A stretch of DNA of 64,000 nt from an uncultured Sphaerobacteraceae bacterium (lineage in GTDB: Bacteria > Chloroflexota > Chloroflexia > Thermomicrobiales > UBA6265). The notes below the pieces were generated by a model. The model worked only from the letters and a program-made list of their open reading frames with translations. It made no database searches and had not been told where the DNA came from. The translations under genes and the position numbers were made by a program. The DNA lies in the NCBI GenBank assembly GCA_964461025.1, contig CAYWSE010000003.1:14247-78246 (forward strand). Direction: 5' to 3'. This document shows positions 44,241 through 53,111 of the stretch, one piece after another; the first letter of the stretch is position 1; every line of letters begins with the position of its first letter.

Positions 44241-45629
44241 CTAACGAAGCTCGTTGCCGCCGGCGGCCGCGCCGATTGCGTTGCACGGCTGGAAGACGAC
44301 ATTCTCCTCGCCAAAAATGCGCGCCAGCTCGCTGGCGTAGTGATCGAGGACCTCGGCGGGCGTCGCCCTGCCGACCGCTACCGCGCCTGTGCCGTCCTGG
44401 ATGATGCCGATGATCTCCCGCAGACCGGGATCGGGTTCGAACAGCATGAGACTGTCGGCGCTCGCAATCAGTGCCTGGAGGAACGGATCGTCCGCCGCTG
44501 CCAACACTTCCTGGGCATCGAGGCGGGATGGGACATGAGGATCGGCAATCGACAGCTCGACCTGCCGCTCTCGCGTATTCGCCGCTTCCAGAAACTGCCA
44601 TGCGAGTTCTTGCTGTTCACTACGTGCGTTGATCACGAGCGTGTTGGCAGGCGATCCCAGGACCGCCTGAGATTCACCGTCGATGCTCGGCATCATCGCG
44701 AATCCAATTTGTTCGCGAGTCGTCTCCGGATCTTCCGTCAGCCACTCACCGTACGCCCAGGACCCCTCATGCAGCAGTGCCAGTTCGCCGTCGAGCATTG
44801 CCTGTCGCATCGCTTCGACGGGATTGGAGTCAGTAGCCACATGCTCCGGAACGGTCCTGTCGATCTGATAGGCACGTTCGTAGAACGCCAGCGCCGCGCG
44901 TATCGCGCAACTGTCGACGATCCAGAGTCCATTCTCGTCCTTGAACGTGCCATCGTATGCAGCGATCAACGGCACAAAGCCCCTGCCGGGCGTATCCAGA
45001 CCGGCGTTCGCTCCGGCATACAAGGCGAATGGCATGACGCCGGGAACGGCATCCCGAACGGCAATTGCCGCGTCGAGCAGATCATCGGGATGCGATGGCG
45101 ACCAGTCAGCGGGCAATCCAGCCTGTGCGAAGATGTCCCGCCGGAAATAGACAAAGTGACTGTCCATCTGCAACGGCAGTCCCCAAACCGAGCCATTCCA
45201 GCTGAGACTCTGGCGAAATGCCTCCGGTATCTGCGGCCAGCCCTCCCATCCAGCCAGGCGGTCTTCGAGCGGGATGACATATCCACCGGCCGCCAGCTCG
45301 CCGAGAAAGGTTCCGCTCAACATGACCACGTCCGGCGCTCGGCCGGTGGCGAACTGAAGCGCCATCTGGATCAGAAAGCTGTCGGGCGGCGACGGCTTGA
45401 TCACGATCTCGACATCCGGGTTTTCGGCAGAGATTTCGGCGGCAGCCGCCTCCAGTGCGGCGATCGACGCAACCTGCGATTCGTCGCAACCAACGGTTAG
45501 CTGGCCACTCAGCGCCTCCTGTGCAGTTCGCCCCTGGGCCGGACGCAACAACGCGGCCCCCGCCGCCGCACTACCAAGAAGAGCGGACCGCCGGGAGAGT
45601 CGCCCGCTTGACACTTCTGGAGCGGTCAC
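44241..45629 (-). CDS. ABC substrate-binding protein, family 1 (sugar type), Tat signal
   Basis: LSRRSALLGSAAAGAALL twin-arginine signal. SBP_bac_1/8-like body. Tandem paralogue of 45694..47022. Confidence 0.88.
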   Translation of the reverse strand: MTAPEVSSGRLSRRSALLGSAAAGAALLRPAQGRTAQEALSGQLTVGCDESQVASIAALEAAAAEISAENPDVEIVIKPSPPDSFLIQMALQFATGRAPDVVMLSGTFLGELAAGGYVIPLEDRLAGWEGWPQIPEAFRQSLSWNGSVWGLPLQMDSHFVYFRRDIFAQAGLPADWSPSHPDDLLDAAIAVRDAVPGVMPFALYAGANAGLDTPGRGFVPLIAAYDGTFKDENGLWIVDSCAIRAALAFYERAYQIDRTVPEHVATDSNPVEAMRQAMLDGELALLHEGSWAYGEWLTEDPETTREQIGFAMMPSIDGESQAVLGSPANTLVINARSEQQELAWQFLEAANTRERQVELSIADPHVPSRLDAQEVLAAADDPFLQALIASADSLMLFEPDPGLREIIGIIQDGTGAVAVGRATPAEVLDHYASELARIFGEENVVFQPCNAIGAAAGGNELR

Positions 45630-45693
45630 TGGACTGACCTTTCACGAAGATGACTTCCACACGCATTGTAGACCCAGTCCGGAGAACGTCCAT

Positions 45694-47022
45694 TCACCCG
45701 CCGCAGGGTGGCGCGGTGGTCACGCGGTCTTCGCCGAGAATCCGGCCGAGCTCACTGGCGTATCGTTCGACAGCCTCTTCAGGTGACGCGTCACCCGATG
45801 CGACGATGCCCGTCGCGTTCTGCACGACGGCGATCAGCTCGCGAAAGGCGGGATCGGGCGCGGCAAGCAGGAGGTGCTCGCTGCTGGCGATCATCGCCTG
45901 CAGAAATTCGGTGCTTTGAAACACGGGATCGGCCGCCGCGTCAGACCGGGCCGGAATGTGCGGGTCGCCGCTGTTCAGCGCGACATGGTTTTCGCGACTG
46001 TTGAACGCAGCCAGATATGCCCAGGCGAGCTCCGGGTTTTCGCACCTGGCGTTGATGAACCAGCTGTTGCCGATGCCGCCAATCGAAAAGGGCGATCCGT
46101 CGATGCGAGGGAAATGCGCGTAGCCGATGTTCTCCAATGTGTCCGCTTCGTTGGCATTCAGCCACGATTGGTAGTTCCAGCAACCGTCGTAGAGAATCCC
46201 CAGCGTTCCCTCACCCATCGCGTCGCGCATGGCGGTCACCGGCGAAGCACCGGTCATCACGTCCTGCGGCACGGTTTGATCGACCTGAAACGCCCGCTCG
46301 TAATACGACAGCGCCTGACGAATCGGGCAGCTGTCGATAATCCACAGTCCGGACTCGTCGGTGAGTGTTCCACCAAACGCCGCGACGACAGGAATGAAGC
46401 CGCGAACGACCGTACTGGTGCCGCCGTTGGCGCCGGCGTAGAGCGCATAGGGAATGACATCCGGCAACGAGTCCTTCAGCGTCCGTGCGGCGGAGAGAAT
46501 GTCGTCCGGATTCGACGGCTGCCATTCGACCGGCAGTCCCGCCCGCGTAAAGAGGTCCCTTCGGTAGTACAGGAAGTGCATATCGACGGGGTAAGGCAAG
46601 CCCCAGACCGATCCTTCCCAGGTGATGGCATCTCGCACAATTGAGGGGTATTGCTCCCAGCCGTCCCATGTGTCGAGCCAGGAATCGAGTGGCGCGACCA
46701 TTCCAGACGACGCCAGTTCGGCAATCACCGCTCCCGACAAAAGAAACACGTCCGGCGCCTGTCCCATCGCCAGCTGCAGGACCAGTTGCGTTGTGAAATC
46801 CCCCGCCGCGAATGGCTTCAGCTCGATCTCGGCATCAGGATTGGCGGCACGGAGTTGCTCAGCTGTGGAAACGACGAACGGTTCGACGACGTGCCCCTGC
46901 TGATAGCCAACCGAGATCGAACCAGCGAGCGACTGTGCACGAACCACCGGACCCAAGCCGGTCGCAACAGCAGCTGTCCCGCTAGCGATCAGCGCATGGA
47001 ACGCCCGTCGAGTGATACGCAT
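45694..47022 (-). CDS. ABC substrate-binding protein, family 1 (sugar type), Tat signal
   Basis: MRITRRAFHALIASGTAAVATG signal. Long colinear similarity to 44241..45629 (APDV..LSG, WxGSVWGLP, FxYxRRDxF, PDDxL, YALYAGAN, GLWIxDSCxIR). Confidence 0.88.
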   Translation of the reverse strand: MRITRRAFHALIASGTAAVATGLGPVVRAQSLAGSISVGYQQGHVVEPFVVSTAEQLRAANPDAEIELKPFAAGDFTTQLVLQLAMGQAPDVFLLSGAVIAELASSGMVAPLDSWLDTWDGWEQYPSIVRDAITWEGSVWGLPYPVDMHFLYYRRDLFTRAGLPVEWQPSNPDDILSAARTLKDSLPDVIPYALYAGANGGTSTVVRGFIPVVAAFGGTLTDESGLWIIDSCPIRQALSYYERAFQVDQTVPQDVMTGASPVTAMRDAMGEGTLGILYDGCWNYQSWLNANEADTLENIGYAHFPRIDGSPFSIGGIGNSWFINARCENPELAWAYLAAFNSRENHVALNSGDPHIPARSDAAADPVFQSTEFLQAMIASSEHLLLAAPDPAFRELIAVVQNATGIVASGDASPEEAVERYASELGRILGEDRVTTAPPCGG

Positions 47023-47030
47023 GGCAACCT

Positions 47031-48008
47031 CTATAAGAGCGATTTCAGGCGGTTCACATCGACGTTTCCGCCGGTGATGATGATCGCGGTTGCTGCCCCG
47101 GTGGGAATCGCCGCCTTGCCGGTGATCAGCGCAGCGAGCGCCGCACCCGACGCAGGTTCAGTCAGGAGCTTCGTCTGCTCCAGAGCCAGCTTCGTGGCGC
47201 CGGCGATCTCGTCCTCTGTGACGAGAACAACGTCGTCGACATACCGCTGCACGATTCCCAGATTGAGCTCAGCGGTGAATGGCGCCGCCAGACCGTCCGC
47301 CATCGTGTTGATCGAATCGAGATGCACCGGATGTCCTGCCTCCAGGGCGGCAGTCATCGCCGCTGCTCCTTCCGGTTCCACGCCAACGATACGCGCACCT
47401 GATTTGCGCGCCGCCATCACCAGCGCGATGCCCGAGATCAACCCGCCGCCACCGATCGGCACGATGATCTGCTCGACGTCGGGGAAGTCCTCGAGAATCT
47501 CCAATCCGATCGTGCCCTGCCCCGCCACGATGGCTGGATCGCCGAACGGCGAGACAAAGGTGGCGCCGGTTTGCTCTATCCGTTCCTCCATCGCCGCGAC
47601 GGCGTCCTGAATCGTCGGCTTCAGAACAGTCTCCGCGCCGTAGCTGCGGATCAGCTCGACTTTGGAGGCGACGGCGCTCTCCATCATGAACACGGTGCAA
47701 CCGGTCTCCATCTGGCGAGCGGCGAAGGCGAGTCCGGCCCCATGGTTGCCTGCGGAAAACGTGACGACGCCCTTCTGCCGTTCCCCAGCGGAGAGCAATG
47801 AAACAGCGTTGAGCGCCCCCCGCACCTTGAACGCGCCGGTGCGTTGCAGGTTCTCCGCTTTTACCGAGAGGCGGACACCGGTGCGCTGGCTCAGTGCGTC
47901 GTTCGGCAGCAGAGGCGTGCGAATGATGTGCGCGGCGATGCGTTCGTGCGCCGCTTCAATGTCTGCGCTGCCGATGGTTTCGATGCTTGTTCCGCCCGCC
48001 AATGCCAT
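47031..48008 (-). CDS. PLP-dependent threonine/serine ammonia-lyase family enzyme (threonine dehydratase / hydroxy-amino-acid dehydratase-like)
   Basis: RTPLL...ENLQRTGAFKVRGALNAV (PLP Lys), FSAGNHGAGLAFAA, PIGGGGLISG glycine loop. ATG 48008 is preceded by GAAGGGGG; the track start is GTG 48026. Confidence 0.88.
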   Translation of the reverse strand: MALAGGTSIETIGSADIEAAHERIAAHIIRTPLLPNDALSQRTGVRLSVKAENLQRTGAFKVRGALNAVSLLSAGERQKGVVTFSAGNHGAGLAFAARQMETGCTVFMMESAVASKVELIRSYGAETVLKPTIQDAVAAMEERIEQTGATFVSPFGDPAIVAGQGTIGLEILEDFPDVEQIIVPIGGGGLISGIALVMAARKSGARIVGVEPEGAAAMTAALEAGHPVHLDSINTMADGLAAPFTAELNLGIVQRYVDDVVLVTEDEIAGATKLALEQTKLLTEPASGAALAALITGKAAIPTGAATAIIITGGNVDVNRLKSLL

Positions 48009-48057
48009 CCCCCTTCGATCGCGCACTCGCGCTGTCGCTCTCGATCATACTTTCCCG

Positions 48058-48417
48058 ATGACGGATTTGCCCTCCAACGAACAGCGAACGTCGATCATCA
48101 CACACCACCAGCTCGATGAACGCGTCATCCCGCTCGTCGCGCAGTCGCTCGGCTGCGAGTCAAAGCTGGCGCCGTTCCAGCTCCCCGGGGGCACGGTCTA
48201 TCAGCTGACCGTTCCCAACGCGCACGGTCGCGACGCAACACTGCTCACGATTTGGCCGTCGATCAATCGCGTCGATGCCATGTCGCCGTCGTCCGCGGTT
48301 GTGTTCACCGATGTGCGGACCGTTGATATCGTCGGCGAGGTAGAGGTGCAGTTCCGGCGTTCGAATCGCGACTATCTGATCGTGGCGCGCGGCGGCAAGG
48401 TCATCGTCAGAGCCTGA
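48058..48417 (+). CDS. hypothetical protein (119 aa)
   Basis: This is the C-terminal third of track ORF 47662..48417. The upstream two thirds are antisense to the dehydratase gene, so only the ATG 48058 version is plausible. No family recognised. Confidence 0.4.
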   Translation: MTDLPSNEQRTSIITHHQLDERVIPLVAQSLGCESKLAPFQLPGGTVYQLTVPNAHGRDATLLTIWPSINRVDAMSPSSAVVFTDVRTVDIVGEVEVQFRRSNRDYLIVARGGKVIVRA

Positions 48418-49893
48418 TCAGTCGTCGCTGCCGGCGATGCGGTCGGTTGCCCACCAGAAGCGGTTCATTAACGACGCGTGCTCGCCGGGATCCATCAGAC
48501 GGGGCTGATTGAAGTCCTCGATCTCCACGCCCCTTGGCCGCAAACCTACGACCTTTTGGTCCCTGATCAGGATTTCCAGGATCATGCCTTGCCGCACGTC
48601 GATCGAAAACATCTGGTCGAAGATGAAATTGCCGACGGAGTAGACGATCGGTTTGCCTTTGTACGTCTCCATCCCCTGAATCACGTGCGGGTGGTTGGTG
48701 ACAACCATCGTCGCCCCTGCGTCGATCGCGGCGCGGGCGCCGTCGAGCGCCCATTGCGGTGGGACGGCGATGTACTCCTCACCAAAGTGGAAGTAGGGAA
48801 TCACGATGTCGAACTCCCCAGCCAGGAATGTGACATCGTCGTTCACCTGGTCGAGGAGATAGGGATTCGTCCCGGCGGCATCGGCAGTCGCCCCGGAAAA
48901 GCTGTCTGGACCCGCCGCACCGGCTAACAGGGGAGCTTCATCGTCGCCGCTCGTCATCATGTTCGCGGTGACGCCATCGACGCCGAGAAACGATAGACGT
49001 TGTCCCTGAACTTCGGTCACAAACGACGCCCGCGCTTCAGTGAGATTACGGCCGGCGCCGAAATAGCTCATGCCCGCAGCGCTCAGCGAGTCCATGGTGT
49101 CGAGCAGCGCGGCATCGCCCCAACCATTCGCGTTCCAGCGCGAGTGATTGTTGGCCAGACTGACAGCATCGATGCCGGCAAGTTTCAGACCGTCGATCAT
49201 CGCCGGATCTGACACGAATGAATAGGTATGCGCATCGTCGGGAGGACGGATCGTCGAGGAGAGATTGCCTTCCAGGTTGGCGATCGTCACATCGTACCGA
49301 CTCAGTTCCGTGGCGACTTTGCGAAACGGATGTGTGAAGTCGCCATACGCCACCATTTTGTTGTGCACATTGCGACCGGGCACGATATCGCCCACGACCG
49401 CGACACTGATCGCGGCTTTCCCATCAACAGGCGCATGCCGCAACGGATCGAACCCGTCGACGGCCAGCACATTCACCCGAAAGTCGATGTCCTCGACCGG
49501 CACCATCGACATTCCGCCCGGATGCTCCGTCAAAAGTGTCACGAGTTCTTCGTAATCGGCGGCCGAATAGCGCAGTTTCCGGCTGAAAGGCACTATCCCT
49601 TCCAATGCGATTAGTTCGATCCGGCCAGCAACCGGCGAGCCCGCATCGAGCCAGTCGACGATACTGCCCTCGATGATCCCCTGCAGCTGAGCGCTGCCGA
49701 TCGCCGTGAGCGGCGTGCGGGGAGAGGTCACCACCGCCTGTCCGGCGGGCACGAGTGTACTCTCCTGCCCCGCCGCATAGCGCAGCGGCAGGGGGCAGGC
49801 GACCGCAGTGGCAGCCGCGGCGCTGCCAGTAAGCAGACGGCGACGATCGATCCGAAAATCGGCCGGTTTCGGGGCGCGAGGATGAGATGTCAT
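48418..49893 (-). CDS. CapA-family (PGA_cap) metallophosphatase-like protein, Tat signal
   Basis: IDRRRLLTGSAAAATAVA signal. ...VVGDIVPGRNVH..., ANLEGNLS, SLANNHS, VVTNHPHVIQG, SVGNFIFDQ are CapA motifs. Confidence 0.88.
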   Translation of the reverse strand: MTSHPRAPKPADFRIDRRRLLTGSAAAATAVACPLPLRYAAGQESTLVPAGQAVVTSPRTPLTAIGSAQLQGIIEGSIVDWLDAGSPVAGRIELIALEGIVPFSRKLRYSAADYEELVTLLTEHPGGMSMVPVEDIDFRVNVLAVDGFDPLRHAPVDGKAAISVAVVGDIVPGRNVHNKMVAYGDFTHPFRKVATELSRYDVTIANLEGNLSSTIRPPDDAHTYSFVSDPAMIDGLKLAGIDAVSLANNHSRWNANGWGDAALLDTMDSLSAAGMSYFGAGRNLTEARASFVTEVQGQRLSFLGVDGVTANMMTSGDDEAPLLAGAAGPDSFSGATADAAGTNPYLLDQVNDDVTFLAGEFDIVIPYFHFGEEYIAVPPQWALDGARAAIDAGATMVVTNHPHVIQGMETYKGKPIVYSVGNFIFDQMFSIDVRQGMILEILIRDQKVVGLRPRGVEIEDFNQPRLMDPGEHASLMNRFWWATDRIAGSDD

Positions 49894-49955
49894 AGGGACC
49901 CGTTCGGCCTCCTCGTCGTGTGCGCAGTAAACGATTCCACGTCGTGCTCTGCAGT

Positions 49956-51170
49956 CTAGCCCGTCTCGCGCAATGACGCTTCAACGAATCGAATGATGGC
50001 TTGGTCGAGCGCAACCGAGATCGTCCCCACACCCTGGGGACTGGAGAGGAAGGTTGCGTCGGCATCGCTCGTCAATGTCAGCACCTCGACCACCGAGCCC
50101 GGCATTGCGCTCGGCTCCTTGAGCTCGGGACGCTCGCCGTCGATGAGGAGGCGTTGCGTCTGTGCATGCGAGTTGTCTTCACCAATCTGGCTGACGTCGA
50201 AGACCCCCTGGCCGATCCAGGGATACCCCATGGCCCGCATTTGTGTCTCGAGTTCTTCGTAGATCAACTGAGAGAAAGCTTCATTCTCGCTTCCGAACGG
50301 CCGCCCGGCGTTGAACCAGACTCTGCTGCCGCGAACAGCTGGATCGCTCGATCCATCGACGTGAATCGAAATCAGCAGGTCGGCCCGGCCGTCATTGCAG
50401 ACATCGATACGAGATTGCATTTCATCGAGCATTCCCGCGTGTTTCGATTCTTCGGTCGAAGCGCCACCGACTTCTGTGAACCCATCCTTGTTGGCATCGA
50501 AGTCGTTGATATTCACCTCGTGGTCATCCGCTCGTGTCAGGATCACGCGGAAACCGCGTTCGAGCAATCGGTGCTGCAAATCCTTGGCGATGGCCAGAGC
50601 GAAATACGATTCATCCATCGCCGGAACCGCCGAGGTCGCAGTGCGCTGAAATCCCATGTCCTTGCCGCCATGACCGGGATCGATGCAGATCGTCAACTTG
50701 CCGTTCCGCGCGTCGAAGGACGAATCGGCGACCGGCGTGCCGCTGATCGCCAGCACCTCTGCCTCGCTCGAAGTCATGACGACAGCCCCGGTCGTTGTCG
50801 TCGGGGGCGTCGATCGGCCACCGCCGCCCGGCAGGGCGATGATTGCGGCGACCGCCAGAGCTGTCACTACCAGGACGATGCCCGCCGCTTTGAGAATCGT
50901 TTCGAGTTCCGGGGCGCTGCGTTGTTCCTGCTGAGTCGCATACGGGGGAACTTTGCCGGCGGCGAGTTGGGGCTTCGCATCTGGCGTTCGCCCGGTGCGT
51001 TTCGGTGCACCAGAGTCCCACGCCGGCAGGGGCGGAAAATTCCCCTCTTTCCGGCGTGACGTACGATCGCCAGGATTCCCTGAATTGATGGACATGACAC
51101 CTCGCGTTGATCCACGGGCCACGCCACCAACGCCCACCCTCTCTCGCGACGCGTGAGCATACGATGTCAA
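49956..51170 (-). CDS. N-acetylmuramoyl-L-alanine amidase (Amidase_3) with N-terminal membrane anchor
   Basis: TM helix AAGIVLVVTALAVAAIIAL, then ICIDPGHGGKDMGF...ADLLISIHVDG...VVEVLTLTS. Start uncertain (alternative ATG 51095). Confidence 0.9.
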   Translation of the reverse strand: MTSYAHASRERVGVGGVARGSTRGVMSINSGNPGDRTSRRKEGNFPPLPAWDSGAPKRTGRTPDAKPQLAAGKVPPYATQQEQRSAPELETILKAAGIVLVVTALAVAAIIALPGGGGRSTPPTTTTGAVVMTSSEAEVLAISGTPVADSSFDARNGKLTICIDPGHGGKDMGFQRTATSAVPAMDESYFALAIAKDLQHRLLERGFRVILTRADDHEVNINDFDANKDGFTEVGGASTEESKHAGMLDEMQSRIDVCNDGRADLLISIHVDGSSDPAVRGSRVWFNAGRPFGSENEAFSQLIYEELETQMRAMGYPWIGQGVFDVSQIGEDNSHAQTQRLLIDGERPELKEPSAMPGSVVEVLTLTSDADATFLSSPQGVGTISVALDQAIIRFVEASLRETG

Positions 51171-51195
51171 TCGCCCGCGTGCCAGTACGCTCGTT

Positions 51196-52467
51196 CTACC
51201 TGGCGGCGCCAGAAGTCTGGTCAGAATGCCTGTCCAGCGGAGGATCGGAGAAACGATACCGGCAAATCGCCGGAATGAGATATGCCACCGCGGCGGCGGA
51301 GATCATCGTCGCCAGACCACCCAGCGCCACGGCCGGACCGGCGCCGATGACGGATGCCGTGACCCCGGCCCGGAACTCGCCGAGCTGCGGTCCACCGACT
51401 GCCAGAGTGCGGTGCACCGAGGCCACGCGACCCCGCAACTCGTCGGGAGTAACGAGCGTGCGCGTGGCGTTGCGCAGTGTCGCACTCAGCACGTCAGCGG
51501 CGCCGCTCCCGGCCAGAAACGCGAGGGAGAGTGCGAAATTCGTGCTCATGCCGAAGCCGAGCATGCAGGCGCCGTAGATGGCGATCGAAATCATCACCGA
51601 GATGCCGGCCCGGTCCGGAAGTCTGGCGAGACTGAGAATCGAGGCAACGGCAACCGCGCCAGCCGCCGGCGCCGACAGGAGCAAACCGAGGCCTTCCGGG
51701 CCAACTCCCAGTACGTCTTCCGCGAAAATCGGCATCAGCGTCGTACAGGCGCCGAAGAGGGTCGCCACGAAATCGGCGACCATCACGCCCAGGAGGACGG
51801 GCGTCACCCGCATGAAGCGCAGCCCTTCGATCGCGGAGGCAAAACCACCCATATTGACGACGACTTTGGGCGGTCTCGTCTTCATCAGAAGGACCGAGGC
51901 GATCACAGCGGTGAAGGAGAGCGCATCGATGAAATAGGCAGTCGCCACACCCGAAACGGCGATGATCAACCCGCCCAGCGCCGGACCGACGATCATCGCC
52001 AGCTGAAAGGCCAGGATATTCATCGTCGAAGCGGCGGGATACTCGTTCGTTGGCACCAGAAGCGGAATCAAGGCCTGTCTGGTCGGATTCGATACCCCTT
52101 CCACCGTCGCGGTCAGGATCGTCAATGCGTAGATCGCAAGCAGCGAGATGCTGCCATTCACCGTCAGGAGTGCGAGAATCAGAGAGAGGAGCAGAAGCGT
52201 GCTCTGCGCCGCCATCAGCGTGCGCCTTCTGTCGCCGCGGTCGGCGATGACGCCGCCGGCGATACCGAACAGAATCACCGGCACAAAGCGACAGAGCCCG
52301 AGCAACCCGAGCTTGAACGCATCTTCGGTCAGCTCGTAGACCTGCCAGGTAATGGCGATTTTCTGAATCTGGGAGCCAACCATCGAGAGAACTTCGGCCG
52401 ACCAGAGGAGGCGATAATCAGCATGGCGCAGGACGCGGTACGGACGTCCTGAAACCGTTCCTGCCAC
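51196..52467 (-). CDS. MFS transporter (EntS/MFS_3-like)
   Basis: 423 aa, about 12 TM helices. YRLLWSAEVLSMVGSQIQKIAITW and GVIADRGDRRR motifs. Confidence 0.9.
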   Translation of the reverse strand: MAGTVSGRPYRVLRHADYRLLWSAEVLSMVGSQIQKIAITWQVYELTEDAFKLGLLGLCRFVPVILFGIAGGVIADRGDRRRTLMAAQSTLLLLSLILALLTVNGSISLLAIYALTILTATVEGVSNPTRQALIPLLVPTNEYPAASTMNILAFQLAMIVGPALGGLIIAVSGVATAYFIDALSFTAVIASVLLMKTRPPKVVVNMGGFASAIEGLRFMRVTPVLLGVMVADFVATLFGACTTLMPIFAEDVLGVGPEGLGLLLSAPAAGAVAVASILSLARLPDRAGISVMISIAIYGACMLGFGMSTNFALSLAFLAGSGAADVLSATLRNATRTLVTPDELRGRVASVHRTLAVGGPQLGEFRAGVTASVIGAGPAVALGGLATMISAAAVAYLIPAICRYRFSDPPLDRHSDQTSGAAR

Positions 52468-52506
52468 GCTGGCATCATCCTTTCGAGACTGGAAGATCGG
52501 GCGACC

Positions 52507-52524
52507 GCCGATGCCGGCATCGGC
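52507..52524. promoter_or_regulatory. 18-bp perfect palindrome GCCGATGCCGGCATCGGC in a divergent promoter region
   Basis: Verified base by base. Lies between the MFS start (52467, minus) and the DUF983 start (52608, plus). Function unknown. Confidence 0.3.
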
Positions 52525-52607
52525 CCTCGGAGATTGACGCTGCTCTGCGCTGAGCGACTGCGACCGCGATTGTACTCAACGACTGAAAGGACGAAGCGAA
52601 CTCGACG

Positions 52608-53054
52608 ATGACCGACGCAATTGACGAATGCCTCCCCCATCCCGAAGTGCGAACGCTTCCGGCCAGAGGCTGGTCACGATTCTGGGCGCTGCTGAGCCGC
52701 GCGCTCCGCTTGCGCTGTCCGCTGTGCGGAACTCGCGGCATCTTCGTGCATCCTTGGTCAATACGGGAGTGTTGTCCCGGATGCGGCTATCTCTTCAACC
52801 GCGAAGATGGCTATTTTCTCGGCGCCTATGGCCTGAACCTGGTCGTCGCCGAGGTGATTGGACTGGGCGCGGTGCTCGTCATCCTCCTCCAGAGCGATCT
52901 CTCGATCCTCTGGCAGCAGATCATCGCCGCTTCGGCCGCCATTCTCTTCCCGGTGCTTTTTTATCCGTTCTCCCGCACGCTCTGGATGGTTGCCGATCTG
53001 ATGATCAGCGGAGAATCGACCGACGAATATGTGCGAGGCGGCGATCTGCACTAG
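52608..53054 (+). CDS. DUF983 membrane protein
   Basis: LRCPLCGTRGIF...CCPGCGYLFNREDGYFLGAYGLN zinc-ribbon-like motif followed by two TM helices. Confidence 0.8.
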   Translation: MTDAIDECLPHPEVRTLPARGWSRFWALLSRALRLRCPLCGTRGIFVHPWSIRECCPGCGYLFNREDGYFLGAYGLNLVVAEVIGLGAVLVILLQSDLSILWQQIIAASAAILFPVLFYPFSRTLWMVADLMISGESTDEYVRGGDLH

Positions 53055-53111
53055 GCATCCCGATATACTCGTGGCCATGATCGGCAGTCGTCGCAACAAG
53101 GCAGGGGTGGG

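Noticed and set aside
44163-45500. 445-aa ORF on the plus strand
   Set aside because: It is antisense to the sugar SBP gene (Tat signal, paralogue next door). Arg-rich shadow ORF.
47662-48057. N-terminal two thirds of ORF 47662..48417
   Set aside because: It is antisense to the PLP dehydratase gene. Only the part after ATG 48058 lies in otherwise unassigned DNA.
51226-52452. 408-aa ORF on the plus strand
   Set aside because: It is antisense to the 12-TM MFS transporter gene. Highly charged Arg/Asp/Gly composition.
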